Assembly (NCBI GenBank): GCA_963828125.1
Contig: CAWHDP010000002.1
Coordinates: 1,504,001 to 1,568,000, forward strand
Length of the DNA stretch: 64,000 nt
Direction of reading: 5' to 3'
Origin: an uncultured Chlamydiae bacterium
GTDB taxonomy: Bacteria; Chlamydiota; Chlamydiia; Chlamydiales; SM23-39
Shown one piece after another: positions 27,973 to 37,586 of this stretch. Below the pieces are notes generated by a model. That model did no database searches. It was not told the origin of the DNA and saw only the letters and a list, made by a program, of their open reading frames with translations. The translations under genes were made by a program, and so were the position numbers. Within the stretch, counting starts at the first letter, position 1, and each line of letters begins with the position of its first letter.

Positions 27973-29983
27973 TACATCGCTCGACTTGAAAGGCGATCTC
28001 CATGGCTTGGGCCTGTTGCCAGAGGGGGATGGGCCAATGGCCTCCGTCTTGGATGGCTTTCGCAAAAGCGACGAGCTCCTGTTTTTGCCCTTTTTCGGCC
28101 ATCGCACTCTCTAATTTTGGATGGGAGAGCGATTTATAATCGTTCAATACCAGCACCTGTCCGTCGACAAAGATCTCCATCTGTTCTTTTGGATGCTCTT
28201 TTGAGCCGAGCGAGGTATAGGTGAGGGTGGCGATCGATCCGTCTTGAAAGGTCATTGTCGCTATGAAATTGTCGTTCGTGGGCGAGGGGATCGATTGGGC
28301 GTCGACCCGGATCACTTCGGCGCCGGTGAGATAGGTGAAGAGATCGTAGATATGACATGCCTCGCCGATGTTCCTCCCTCCCCCCTCCTCGCCGTGAACC
28401 CAGTGGTCTTGGGGAAGAAAACCGCCATTCATCCGGTAGTTTAAAATCATGGGGCCTCCCCGTTTTTCCACCACCTTATGGAGCGCCTCTCCGTATTTGG
28501 AAAACCGGCGATTGAATCCGGTTAATAAGAGGGGCGCGTCAGAAGTAGACGCATAAAAATTCAAGATTTCGGCCAGCTCTTTTTCATTGAGGGCGAGGGG
28601 CTTTTCGACGAGAACCTGTTTTCCGGCGCGGAGGGCCTCGAGGGCCATAGACGCGTGGAGGTGGTGTCTTGTGGCGATGAGGACGGCGTCGACGTCGGGG
28701 TCTTGGAGCACTTCTCTGTAGTCGGTCGCTGCATAATCGGCTTCAAATTGTTTGGCAGCAGATTTCGCATTGTGTCCGGAACGGCTCACTATGGCCCTCA
28801 AATGGTATTCTTTCAGCCCTTGGAGATTCGGAAGGTGCATTTCCCTTGCAAAACCGCCGGCGCCAATCACGGCGATCTGAATTTGGTGTTTTAAGAGCGG
28901 TTTGGCGTGCGGATTTCTAATGAGGGTCTTTATATCGCCAGTTTCTGGATAAGAGAGCAAAGACAAAAGGGGCTTCGGTTCTCTCTCTTGGAGAGCTTTA
29001 TAGGCGTCGGCGACCTGATCGATCGGAAAGACTGACTGGATGAATGGATCGATCTTCACTTTTTTCTCAGCGAGGAGGCGGAGATACTCTTCCATGTTCC
29101 GGTTTTCGGTCCATCGGACGTAGCCGATTGGGTAGTCGAACCCTTTCTCCTCATATCGGTCATCGTAGCGGCCAGGTCCATACGAAGTCGAGATCAAAAA
29201 ATCGATCTCTTTTTGAAAAAAATCGGACCGTTTCAAATGGAGACCCACGTCGCCGACGAGGACGACGCGTCCCTTTTTACGGCATAATTTAAAGGCGTTT
29301 GAGATCACCTCATTTGAGGGGGTCGCTGCGGTGATGATCACCCCATCGACTTCGGCGATTTGTCTGCTGACCGTCCCAAATTGTTCAGCGAGGGCAACCC
29401 GATTTGGATCGAGGTCGACGCCAAAGACTTTGCAGCCGTTTGCCTGGAGGATCTGGGCAGTGAGCTGACCCAAAAAACCGAGGCCGATCACGGCGAACGT
29501 CTCTCCAAGGGTCGGCTGCGCTCTCCGCACTCCTTGGAGGGCAATCGCGCCCAATGCGACCGTACTTGCCTCTTTAAAGCCTAGAGTATGCGGAATTTCT
29601 ACAATAAGGTTGTCAGGAACCTGGATGATTTCGGCGTGATGAGCAAACTGCGCGCCTGCGCAGGCGACCCTTACGTGAGTCCCGACGATAGTTCCAGCGG
29701 CCGAATAGCCGATCGGGGAGCCTGAACTCAATTTCCCTTGTACGATGCTCTTGGTTTTCGAGAACCCTTTAGCGGCGAGCATCCCAAGGACTTTTTTCAC
29801 TTTTTCCGGTTCGGCGAGCGCCCGTTTCCAAAGGGGTTTTCTGGCCTGTTTCATCCCTTCGATTTCTGTGCCGGTCGAAATACAAGAGTGAGAGACCCGA
29901 ACCAGTTTGTATCCTGGTTCCGCATTTGGCGCTGGAACGTCCTCTATCATGGGCGCCCCTTGTTTCATCAAGACTTGCTTCAT
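27905..29983 (-). CDS. Bi-domain oxidoreductase (zinc-type alcohol dehydrogenase plus Gfo/Idh/MocA)
   Basis: GYSAAG, SYGPGRYD..YE..G.DYP.GYVRWTENRN, IGAGGFA, VEKPL, GFNRRF, IGEACH. Confidence 0.9.
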   Translation of the reverse strand: MKQVLMKQGAPMIEDVPAPNAEPGYKLVRVSHSCISTGTEIEGMKQARKPLWKRALAEPEKVKKVLGMLAAKGFSKTKSIVQGKLSSGSPIGYSAAGTIVGTHVRVACAGAQFAHHAEIIQVPDNLIVEIPHTLGFKEASTVALGAIALQGVRRAQPTLGETFAVIGLGFLGQLTAQILQANGCKVFGVDLDPNRVALAEQFGTVSRQIAEVDGVIITAATPSNEVISNAFKLCRKKGRVVLVGDVGLHLKRSDFFQKEIDFLISTSYGPGRYDDRYEEKGFDYPIGYVRWTENRNMEEYLRLLAEKKVKIDPFIQSVFPIDQVADAYKALQEREPKPLLSLLSYPETGDIKTLIRNPHAKPLLKHQIQIAVIGAGGFAREMHLPNLQGLKEYHLRAIVSRSGHNAKSAAKQFEADYAATDYREVLQDPDVDAVLIATRHHLHASMALEALRAGKQVLVEKPLALNEKELAEILNFYASTSDAPLLLTGFNRRFSKYGEALHKVVEKRGGPMILNYRMNGGFLPQDHWVHGEEGGGRNIGEACHIYDLFTYLTGAEVIRVDAQSIPSPTNDNFIATMTFQDGSIATLTYTSLGSKEHPKEQMEIFVDGQVLVLNDYKSLSHPKLESAMAEKGQKQELVAFAKAIQDGGHWPIPLWQQAQAMEIAFQVERCIYCDHPKSVNLGKRESAKNRGS

Positions 29984-31188
29984 TCCCAAATTCCTCTTGT
30001 ATCGATGATCTGTTTTCCTTTTAAAAGAGATCGGTCTATGGCGGAGAACTTTCGGTGATTGACGAGTAGCACGACGAGGTCGGCCTTTTTCACCGCTTCA
30101 TTCAACTCTACCAACTGCACCTGCGGCACACAGAGCGATGCGGGGAGCGCCTCCAAATGGGGCTCTACGACGAGGAGGTCGCCCATTTGTTCTTGAGCCA
30201 TTTCTCTGACAATTTCGACAGCGGGGCTTTCGCGCACGTCATCGATATCGGCTTTGAACGAAAGTCCAAGACAGGCCACAATGGGATTGGTTATTCCTAC
30301 CAATTTTTCTCTCACTTTTGCTAATACATACTGCGGTTTGCTGTCGTTCACCTCTCGCGACGTTCGGATCAAACGGGAGAGATGCGGAGCCGAATCGACG
30401 ATGAACCATGGGTCGACCGCGATGCAGTGGCCTCCCACGCCGGGGCCCGGTTGCAGGATCTTCACTCGCGGGTGCCGGTTAGCCAGCCGGATCAGTTCCC
30501 ATACGTTGATTCCCAGATCATCGCAAATCAGCGACAGCTCATTGGCAAAGGCGATATTGACGTCGCGGAATGAATTTTCGGTCAGTTTGGTCATCTCGGC
30601 AGTTCTCGCATCGGTGATGAGGCACTCTCCCTGGACAAAGATTTGATAGAGCTCTTTGGCCCGTTCGCCAGAGAGGGGCGTCAGCCCCCCAATGATTCGA
30701 TCGTTTGCGACGATTTCCCGCAAAATATGGCCGGGGAGCACTCTCTCTGGGCAATAGGCGATTCGGAGATCGAGTTGAGGGAGCCATGCGGCCAGTTTTT
30801 CAGTGGTCCCAACGGGAGAGGTCGATTCGAGAATGACTAAATTTCCCCTCTCCAAAACGGGACTGATCGCTCTTGCCGCAGCTTCGATATAGGAGAGATC
30901 TGGCTTGTGATCTCCTTTAAACGGGGTTGGAACGGCGATGATGAACGCCTCTGCTTTTTCAGGCTTTACACTCGCCCTTAGCCTTCCGCTCATTACGGCC
31001 GAGTGAACCACCGCCTCCAAATCGGGCTCGACGATATGAATTTTGCCTTGATTGATTGTATCGACGGCCTTTTTATTGATATCGACTCCGACGACTTCGA
31101 TCCCATGGCCTGCCAAGATAGCAGCTGTTGGGAGTCCAATATAGCCGAGCCCTATCACCGACACTTTATTAAACGGATGTTTCATCAT
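29980..31188 (-). CDS. wecC: UDP-N-acetyl-D-mannosamine dehydrogenase
   Basis: GLGYIGLPTA, YCPERVLPG, KLTENSFRDVN, GVGGHCIAVDPWF. Confidence 0.94.
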   Translation of the reverse strand: MMKHPFNKVSVIGLGYIGLPTAAILAGHGIEVVGVDINKKAVDTINQGKIHIVEPDLEAVVHSAVMSGRLRASVKPEKAEAFIIAVPTPFKGDHKPDLSYIEAAARAISPVLERGNLVILESTSPVGTTEKLAAWLPQLDLRIAYCPERVLPGHILREIVANDRIIGGLTPLSGERAKELYQIFVQGECLITDARTAEMTKLTENSFRDVNIAFANELSLICDDLGINVWELIRLANRHPRVKILQPGPGVGGHCIAVDPWFIVDSAPHLSRLIRTSREVNDSKPQYVLAKVREKLVGITNPIVACLGLSFKADIDDVRESPAVEIVREMAQEQMGDLLVVEPHLEALPASLCVPQVQLVELNEAVKKADLVVLLVNHRKFSAIDRSLLKGKQIIDTRGIWE

Positions 31189-32287
31189 TCACAATCTCTT
31201 GCACGATCCTCAGCGCCGCATGGCCGTCGCCGTATGGGTTATGCGCTTGAGCCATTTTGAGATAGCAGGCTGGATCATCGAGTAATTTTTCCGTTTCCCG
31301 GACGATTTTCTCCTCATCCGTTCCGACGAGGATCACTGTCCCCGCCTCAACTGCTTCGGGCCGCTCTGTCACCTCGCGCGTCACCAAAACCGGCTTGCCG
31401 AGCGAAGGGGCCTCTTCCTGGACGCCTCCCGAATCGCTCAAGATAAGATAAGCGAGATCCATTAAAAAGACAAAATCTAAATAGTCGAGAGGCTCGATCA
31501 GATGGATGTTGTCGCGGGTTCCCAAGATCGAACGGACAGGTTCCTGCACATTCGGATTCAAATGTACTGGATAGACGATTTGGACGTCGTCCCGTTTCGA
31601 GAGTCTATGGAGAGATCGGCAAATCGCCGCAATCCCCTCACCGAAGTTTTCGCGCCTATGACCCGTGACGAGAATCAGCCGCCGTTTCGGATCGAGAAAA
31701 TCGAACCGGTTTGTTTTGAGCTCCGGTTTTTTCTTGAATTGATCCAAAGTATAAAAAAGGGCGTCGATCACCGTGTTTCCCGTGACAAAGATTGCCCCTT
31801 CCCGCACCCCCTCCTTCACCAAATTGGCCCGTGATCCATTCGTCGGAGCAAAGTGCGTCTCGGCAATCGAGGTGATCAATTTCCGGTTCATCTCTTCAGG
31901 CCAGGGCATTCTCAGATTGCCCGTCCGGAGCCCCGCCTCGACATGCCCTACCCGAATTTTTTCATAGAAAGCGGCCAAGGCCCCCGCAAAAGCGGTTGTC
32001 GTATCGCCCTGCACCAACAATAAGTCGGGTTTCACCTCGATCAACACCTTTTTTAAACCGGTGAGGACGGAGGTGGTGATTTCAGTTAGACTCTGGCCCG
32101 GCCTCATGATGTTCAGATCGTAATCGGCTTTGATCTGAAATAGACTCATAAAAGGGTCGAGCATTTGCCGATGTTGCCCAGTGACACAGACGAAGGATTC
32201 TATGCCTCGGACCTCCTTTAAGCGGCTCACGACGGGGGCCATTTTAATCGTTTCCGGCCTAGTTCCAAATACGGAGAGAATTCTCAT
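31169..32287 (-). CDS. wecB: UDP-GlcNAc 2-epimerase (non-hydrolysing)
   Basis: FGTRPE.IKMAP, GHVEAGLR, HRRENFG, DSGGVQEEAP. Confidence 0.96.
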   Translation of the reverse strand: MRILSVFGTRPETIKMAPVVSRLKEVRGIESFVCVTGQHRQMLDPFMSLFQIKADYDLNIMRPGQSLTEITTSVLTGLKKVLIEVKPDLLLVQGDTTTAFAGALAAFYEKIRVGHVEAGLRTGNLRMPWPEEMNRKLITSIAETHFAPTNGSRANLVKEGVREGAIFVTGNTVIDALFYTLDQFKKKPELKTNRFDFLDPKRRLILVTGHRRENFGEGIAAICRSLHRLSKRDDVQIVYPVHLNPNVQEPVRSILGTRDNIHLIEPLDYLDFVFLMDLAYLILSDSGGVQEEAPSLGKPVLVTREVTERPEAVEAGTVILVGTDEEKIVRETEKLLDDPACYLKMAQAHNPYGDGHAALRIVQEIVNDETSV

Positions 32288-32344
32288 GGCTCATAGGATA
32301 AAGGCCAAACGGATCCAAGTAAAGGGCTTTTCTTCCGATCGAGT

Positions 32345-32392
32345 TATACTGCGGCCACCCCAAATTCACACTTTTGGGGTGGCCGCAGTATA
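32345..32392. repeat. Palindromic element family A, 48-bp short form
   Basis: TATACTGCGGCCACCCCAAATTCACACTTTTGGGGTGGCCGCAGTATA. Confidence 0.92.
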
Positions 32393-32455
32393 TACCAACA
32401 TGGCTTCGCTATCGGGTTCAGGATCTGAGTGAGCGGATCGCGTCCTTTGCTGATC

Positions 32456-33382
32456 TCACTCTTTCTCGACGTCCCAAGTCTTTACTGCCGCCTGAAAAAG
32501 CCTGTCGTTCTGTTCATTGAGAAGGTGGATACGAGAGATCGGTCTCGCCATTCTCTGCAGCGGCTTATCACAAGTCCTGAAGTTAACTACAGGGTATGTA
32601 TACGGTATACCACGGTTCGACATTGTGGCTCCCCTGATAGTTATTGAGTGAAATGTTTTTCCATTATCTTTTTCATTAAGGAGAATAAATCCTTGAATAG
32701 TTTTGCCTAACAATGTCGAATACTCTGCTAGAACACCCCTCTTCTTGGGGCAACTTGTATAATCTGGCTCTACCCTGACGGTTGTGCAATTTTTAGAATT
32801 GGAAATTGAACGAATTTCTTTGCAGTCTGACTCAGGATGTGAGGGAGCGGTCTGCTTGGTCTTTGAAGTGGATGGGGGCTCCTCGCACCACGGCTTCGCC
32901 CACCACGGATTATTTTTTGCTGCCCCCGTTAACACATCTTGAATGATGTTATAAAAGTCTAAATTAAGGTGTTTGTCTTTAAGTTTGATAAGAGTGGCTC
33001 GTACATTTTTACGATGAACTCCCTCATTGAATGTAACTATAGGGACATAGGTCGATACTCCACCACCAGAAATTTTTTTCTGAATTCTGACCTTTATATA
33101 GGAGCGAGTCCCATCAGAAAAAAGAGGAATAGAACCCTCCGTCTGATTTAATCGATTGTAATAAATGGCTTGAATAGTTGGTTTCCCGTACACATGATTT
33201 GCCGTTAAGGCGATCTTTATTGCTTGGCGGGCCGCTTTCATCAATTCACCAGAGCTTTGTCCGTCTGCGGCAACGCCCGATCGCCTCTCCTCCTCGCCCA
33301 TAGCTATCGCTTTTGACGATAAGCTTTCGATGACTCCCATGCTACTGTCACGTGCTGATAAATGATTCATATCGATCCTCAA
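32456..33382 (-). CDS. Hypothetical basic protein
   Basis: 308-codon open frame in more AT-rich DNA; no recognised motif; start uncertain. Confidence 0.65.
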   Translation of the reverse strand: MRIDMNHLSARDSSMGVIESLSSKAIAMGEEERRSGVAADGQSSGELMKAARQAIKIALTANHVYGKPTIQAIYYNRLNQTEGSIPLFSDGTRSYIKVRIQKKISGGGVSTYVPIVTFNEGVHRKNVRATLIKLKDKHLNLDFYNIIQDVLTGAAKNNPWWAKPWCEEPPSTSKTKQTAPSHPESDCKEIRSISNSKNCTTVRVEPDYTSCPKKRGVLAEYSTLLGKTIQGFILLNEKDNGKTFHSITIRGATMSNRGIPYTYPVVNFRTCDKPLQRMARPISRIHLLNEQNDRLFQAAVKTWDVEKE

Positions 33383-33478
33383 TGAAATGACTGGCCCATA
33401 GCGATATAAATTCGAGGCTCATGCATCGCATTCCCGTTTATATCGGAGGGAGTTGCACCACCCCCTCTTCGGAAAAAT

Positions 33479-33742
33479 TTAGTGGCTGAAATGAACCGCT
33501 GCCCAGATCGCGGTCACCAGCCCAACCGTGACACACAACAAGGAACAACCAAAAGCTGCGCATGACATGCGTCTGGGCTCCGGCTGTGGCTGTACGTTGG
33601 CGGTTGGTAATAGATCCTCCTGACCCATCATTCCCGCACATCCGACGATGCAGCGACCTAATCGTTCAGAGATTGACGGCGCCGCATTTGGGGCAGGCGG
33701 AGGGGCATTTTGGATGGGTACGTAGCGTGCATTGGCTATCAT
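33479..33742 (-). CDS. Small Pro-rich protein with C-terminal hydrophobic anchor
   Basis: SD AAGGAA and AT-rich upstream region; C-terminal CSLLCVTVGLVTAIWAAVHF. Confidence 0.65.
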   Translation of the reverse strand: MIANARYVPIQNAPPPAPNAAPSISERLGRCIVGCAGMMGQEDLLPTANVQPQPEPRRMSCAAFGCSLLCVTVGLVTAIWAAVHFSH

Positions 33743-33871
33743 GACATTTTATTCCTTTGTTTGTTATAGTGTAAATTATATCGTTTACTATAAATTATGT
33801 TCAATTATTTTTATGTAAATTTTTAAAACCAGTTATACCGCCATTGGCCAATGGCGGTATATCCCTGACAT

Positions 33872-34627
33872 TCAAGACATTCCTCCATTCCGAACCCTAT
33901 AGTCTGCAAGGACCTCTTCCAGCCCCCCAAACTGTGTGACAGAGCCCTGCTCAAGCCAAAGGGCTTTATTGCACAATTCTTTAGCGATATGGGTATCGTG
34001 GGTTGAGAGGACAACCACTTCGGCTTGATGGACGAAGCGGCTCATTCGGGCCTTGGCTTTTTCGAGAAATTGGGCGTCGCCGACGCCGATGATCTCGTCG
34101 ATGAGCAAAATATCTGCAAAAACGTTGGTGGCGATCCCGAATCCGAGTCGGATTTTCATCCCTGCCGAATAGGATTTGACCGGCATCCCCATAAAATGGC
34201 CGAGTTCGGCGAATTCTTCGATTTCAGGGATGATTTTCCGGATTTCTGTTTTACAGAGGCCGAGGATGAGTCCTCGGAGCCAGATGTTTTCGTAGCCGTT
34301 GAGTTCGGGATCCATCCCCATCATGACGTCGAAGAGACAATTGATTTTTCCTTGCATTCGGACGATTCCCCGGGTCGGTTCATAGATTTGGGCGAGCACT
34401 TTCAAAAGGGTCGATTTTCCCGCTCCATTGGGGCCGATTAAGGCGACTCGATCCCCTCTTTCGAGCTTGAAGCTCACATTTTTTAGCGCCTCTACGAAGA
34501 TCCGGTTTTGATTGACGGCTAAGCGGCTGGCTGTCGCTAGGCGGAGAAGGCTCTTTTTCAACGAACGGGAGTCTCCGCCGTAGATGGGGTAGGAGAGGGA
34601 GACGTTTTGGAGTTCAACGGAGGCCAT
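33872..34627 (-). CDS. wzt: Polysaccharide ABC exporter ATP-binding subunit
   Basis: GPNGAGKST, YSAGM..RL, LLIDE..GVGD..F. Confidence 0.92.
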   Translation of the reverse strand: MASVELQNVSLSYPIYGGDSRSLKKSLLRLATASRLAVNQNRIFVEALKNVSFKLERGDRVALIGPNGAGKSTLLKVLAQIYEPTRGIVRMQGKINCLFDVMMGMDPELNGYENIWLRGLILGLCKTEIRKIIPEIEEFAELGHFMGMPVKSYSAGMKIRLGFGIATNVFADILLIDEIIGVGDAQFLEKAKARMSRFVHQAEVVVLSTHDTHIAKELCNKALWLEQGSVTQFGGLEEVLADYRVRNGGMS

Positions 34628-35409
34628 CAGTCGACCCAAAATACGATGCGAGGGCGTAGGGCGGAGAAGAGGGCGAGGGTAAGGGACGAGCCGATGAGGG
34701 CTAGGACTCCGCAGACGAGCCAGCTCGAAAGGGAGGGCGCGGCGCCGAGAAGGGGCGAACGGACGAGGTCGAGAAAATAGACGAACGGATTGAACCGCAG
34801 CCAGGCGGAGTGGGTATTGAGGAGTCGAGGCATCCAAGAAACGGGGGTGGTAAAGAAGGCGATTTGCATGCAGGCGGCGATCATTGGGATCATATCGCGA
34901 TAGCGGGTCGAGACCATTGCTGAGAGGAGACACACCCAGTACAAGTTGGCGAGGAGGAGAAGGAACCCGGGGATGGCTAAAAGGGAGGTTAGGCCAGGGT
35001 TTTTTTGGAAATAGAGGCAAACGAGGAGGTAGACGGCGGAGTTGTGGAGTAAACAGATCGATTGGCGGACGAGATGTTTGAAAATATAGAGGTTATACGG
35101 GAGGCGGCTTTGCTTAATGAACGGGCTGTTCGATTTAAAAATATCTCCGCTTTCAATGAGCGTGTTTGAGATGAATGTCCAAAAGAGATACCCAGCTGTG
35201 AAAAAGGGGACATATTCGTCAAGGCTCTCTTGAAAAAGCTGGCTGAAGACGAGGCTCATCATCGAAATAAAAAGGAGCATGCTGATGGTGAGCCACCAAG
35301 GTCCGAGAAGAGAGCGGCGATAGCGCTGCAAGAGCTCCATCCAGCCGAGATGGAGCCAAAGTCTATACTGGCGGAGCCCTTGGGTGAAATCATCGCAGGC
35401 TAAGCGCAT
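34627..35409 (-). CDS. wzm: Polysaccharide ABC exporter permease
   Basis: RYRRSLLGPWW, RYRD, FFTTPVSW, NPF; six TM segments. Confidence 0.92.
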   Translation of the reverse strand: MRLACDDFTQGLRQYRLWLHLGWMELLQRYRRSLLGPWWLTISMLLFISMMSLVFSQLFQESLDEYVPFFTAGYLFWTFISNTLIESGDIFKSNSPFIKQSRLPYNLYIFKHLVRQSICLLHNSAVYLLVCLYFQKNPGLTSLLAIPGFLLLLANLYWVCLLSAMVSTRYRDMIPMIAACMQIAFFTTPVSWMPRLLNTHSAWLRFNPFVYFLDLVRSPLLGAAPSLSSWLVCGVLALIGSSLTLALFSALRPRIVFWVD

Positions 35410-36539
35410 CCGAGCCACTCGATGAGTTGACGGGCGCGGGAAGACCAGTCGAGGGTGGCGGCGTAGTCGCGGCACATCGACGGGTTCGGAGATCGGAGAG
35501 CGTCGGAAATGGCGGAGCGGAACTCTTCTACGGAGCTGCAGAGGTGGGCGGGGGAGCCGATGTTTTCAAGCTCTTGCCAGCGGGTTGCGACGGTTGGAAG
35601 TCCTGAGGCCATGTATTCGTAGAGTTTGAGGGGGTTGACGTTGTGGATGAGGTCTGGATATTTGCGGACGTTGAAGGGGATAAGTCCCACATCTGCGTGC
35701 TGGAGATATTGGGGGATTTCAGAATAGGGCCTGGGGCCTAAGAGATGGATGTTTTTGTACTGTTCGAACCGGTTTTGTTTGGCAGGGCCGATCAGTACAA
35801 ACGAGATATGGGGCATTTGCTCAGCGAGGCTTTTCAGAGTCTGATCATCGAACCAATAGTCGATCGCTCCAACGTAGATGGCAATCGGTTTGGAGATGTT
35901 TTTCAGCTCGGCAGGCATTGGGGCGGACTTGGCAAAATGGGCGAGCGGCACCCCATTCGGGAGATGAACGGGGCAGACGCCCTGACTCCTCACCGAATCG
36001 ACGAGGGTCTTAGCGGTGCAGACGACGAGATCGACTTTTTTGATGAGCTCTTTTTCGAGATTGAGAAGCGCGGGGGTCGATTTTTTAAAGCCGGCGTTTT
36101 GGTCGGCGATCCGGAAGATTGTTTTACGGGCTTTGATTTCGTCGATCCAAAACGATTGGACGGCCGTGTCAAGATAGAGGATGTCGACTTCGTGAAACCC
36201 GTTCTGTCCGACCCTCTTCAAAGCAGAGGGGAACGTGAATCTGTGCCAATGGCGGAAGACCCATTCAGAGCGAAGCCAAGAGATGGGGTGGGGCGGAAGC
36301 AGAGTCAATGGGACATAGGCCCAGAGACGCCCCTCTTTAAGGCCTCCCGATCGATAGATCTCAAAGCGGCTTTGCAGCTCTTCGGCGCCTCCCAAAAAAT
36401 GGAGGGGGGAGATCGGATCGGAAAGATAGGCGATTTCGTAGCCGAGTTTAACAAACTCGCGCGCCAGATGGTGGCTGCCGACTTGAAAGACCGACGTCCA
36501 TGGATTAGAGCAAGCCATGAGAATTTTTTTCGAAGCCAT
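35400..36539 (-). CDS. GT-B glycosyltransferase (GT4-like)
   Basis: LPNGV, YVGAI..WFD, NPLKLYEYMASGLP.V. Confidence 0.88.
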   Translation of the reverse strand: MASKKILMACSNPWTSVFQVGSHHLAREFVKLGYEIAYLSDPISPLHFLGGAEELQSRFEIYRSGGLKEGRLWAYVPLTLLPPHPISWLRSEWVFRHWHRFTFPSALKRVGQNGFHEVDILYLDTAVQSFWIDEIKARKTIFRIADQNAGFKKSTPALLNLEKELIKKVDLVVCTAKTLVDSVRSQGVCPVHLPNGVPLAHFAKSAPMPAELKNISKPIAIYVGAIDYWFDDQTLKSLAEQMPHISFVLIGPAKQNRFEQYKNIHLLGPRPYSEIPQYLQHADVGLIPFNVRKYPDLIHNVNPLKLYEYMASGLPTVATRWQELENIGSPAHLCSSVEEFRSAISDALRSPNPSMCRDYAATLDWSSRARQLIEWLGCA

Positions 36540-36587
36540 GCCGAGAAGGATAGCACAATTGGCCGATTCATGGTATAAACTCTCACT

Positions 36588-37586
36588 ATGTTTGATCTTT
36601 GCATTGATGCACGCATGGCTTTTTCTTCCGGTATCGGAACTTACATCCGCGAGATCGTCCCCTATTTTCTCGGCTCCCCTTTCCGAACAGTGCTGCTTGT
36701 CGATCAACCAGGGAGCCCTTGGTGTAAAGAGTTCGATCAGATCGCCTTCAAAGCCCCGGTCTATTCCATCCGAGAGCAGCTTCTCTATCCGCTCAAAATC
36801 CCCTCCGTCGATCTTTTTTGGTCGCCTCATTACAATGTGCCTCTCCTCCCCATTCGGGCCGCAAAGCGGATTGTTACAATCCACGACGTATGCCATTTGG
36901 CGCTCGGATCGGGCCTTCAAAAATTCTATGCGAAATCGGTCATGGGTTTTGCTCTCCGGAGATCTGACAAAGCCATCACCGTCTCCCAGTTTTCCAAACG
37001 GGAGATTGAAAAATATCTGGGCTTGGGCCCGTTGGAGATGATCCCGATCGGCGTCAATGCGGCCCGCTTCTCTGCTCAATCTGGTTCCGATTGGGATCTA
37101 GTGCGGAAAAAATACCGTTTGCCAGATCGATTTGTCCTTTTTGTCGGCAATAACAAGCCCCATAAAAATTTAAAGAGGCTCGCCCGCGCTTTTACTCAAG
37201 TCAACATCCCCGGTCTAGAACTCGTCATGGCGGGCCAAGGGACTCCGACAGGGCCCGTCGAAGAGAGGGATCTCCCCGTCCTTTACAGGATGGCTGAGGC
37301 GTTTGTTTTCCCTTCTCTCTACGAGGGGTTTGGCTTGCCGCCTCTTGAGGCGATGGCCTCAGGGTGCCCGACCGCCGTTTCAAGAGCCGCCAGCATGCCC
37401 GAAGTGTGCGGCGACGGGAGCCTTTATTTTGATCCAACGAATGAGGAGGAAATGGCTAGGGCCATTCGGGAAGCGGTCGGGAACCTGCCGCTGGTTGAGC
37501 GAGGATTTGCGAGGGTGAAACAATTGAATTGGGAAAAAACGGCGGCGAGCCACATCCAGGTCTTTGAAGAGGTGTGCTGTGCGTAG
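36588..37586 (+). CDS. GT4 glycosyltransferase (mannosyltransferase-like)
   Basis: VTIHD, KPHKN, FPSLYEGFGLPPLEAMASG. Confidence 0.92.
   Translation: MFDLCIDARMAFSSGIGTYIREIVPYFLGSPFRTVLLVDQPGSPWCKEFDQIAFKAPVYSIREQLLYPLKIPSVDLFWSPHYNVPLLPIRAAKRIVTIHDVCHLALGSGLQKFYAKSVMGFALRRSDKAITVSQFSKREIEKYLGLGPLEMIPIGVNAARFSAQSGSDWDLVRKKYRLPDRFVLFVGNNKPHKNLKRLARAFTQVNIPGLELVMAGQGTPTGPVEERDLPVLYRMAEAFVFPSLYEGFGLPPLEAMASGCPTAVSRAASMPEVCGDGSLYFDPTNEEEMARAIREAVGNLPLVERGFARVKQLNWEKTAASHIQVFEEVCCA

Noticed and set aside
33872..37079. Long N-terminal extensions of wzt, wzm and the GT in the ORF track
   Set aside because: They overlap neighbouring genes; homology starts at 34627, 35409 and 36539. Starts of ispA, argB, argD, glpK, glpF and mutY were trimmed likewise.
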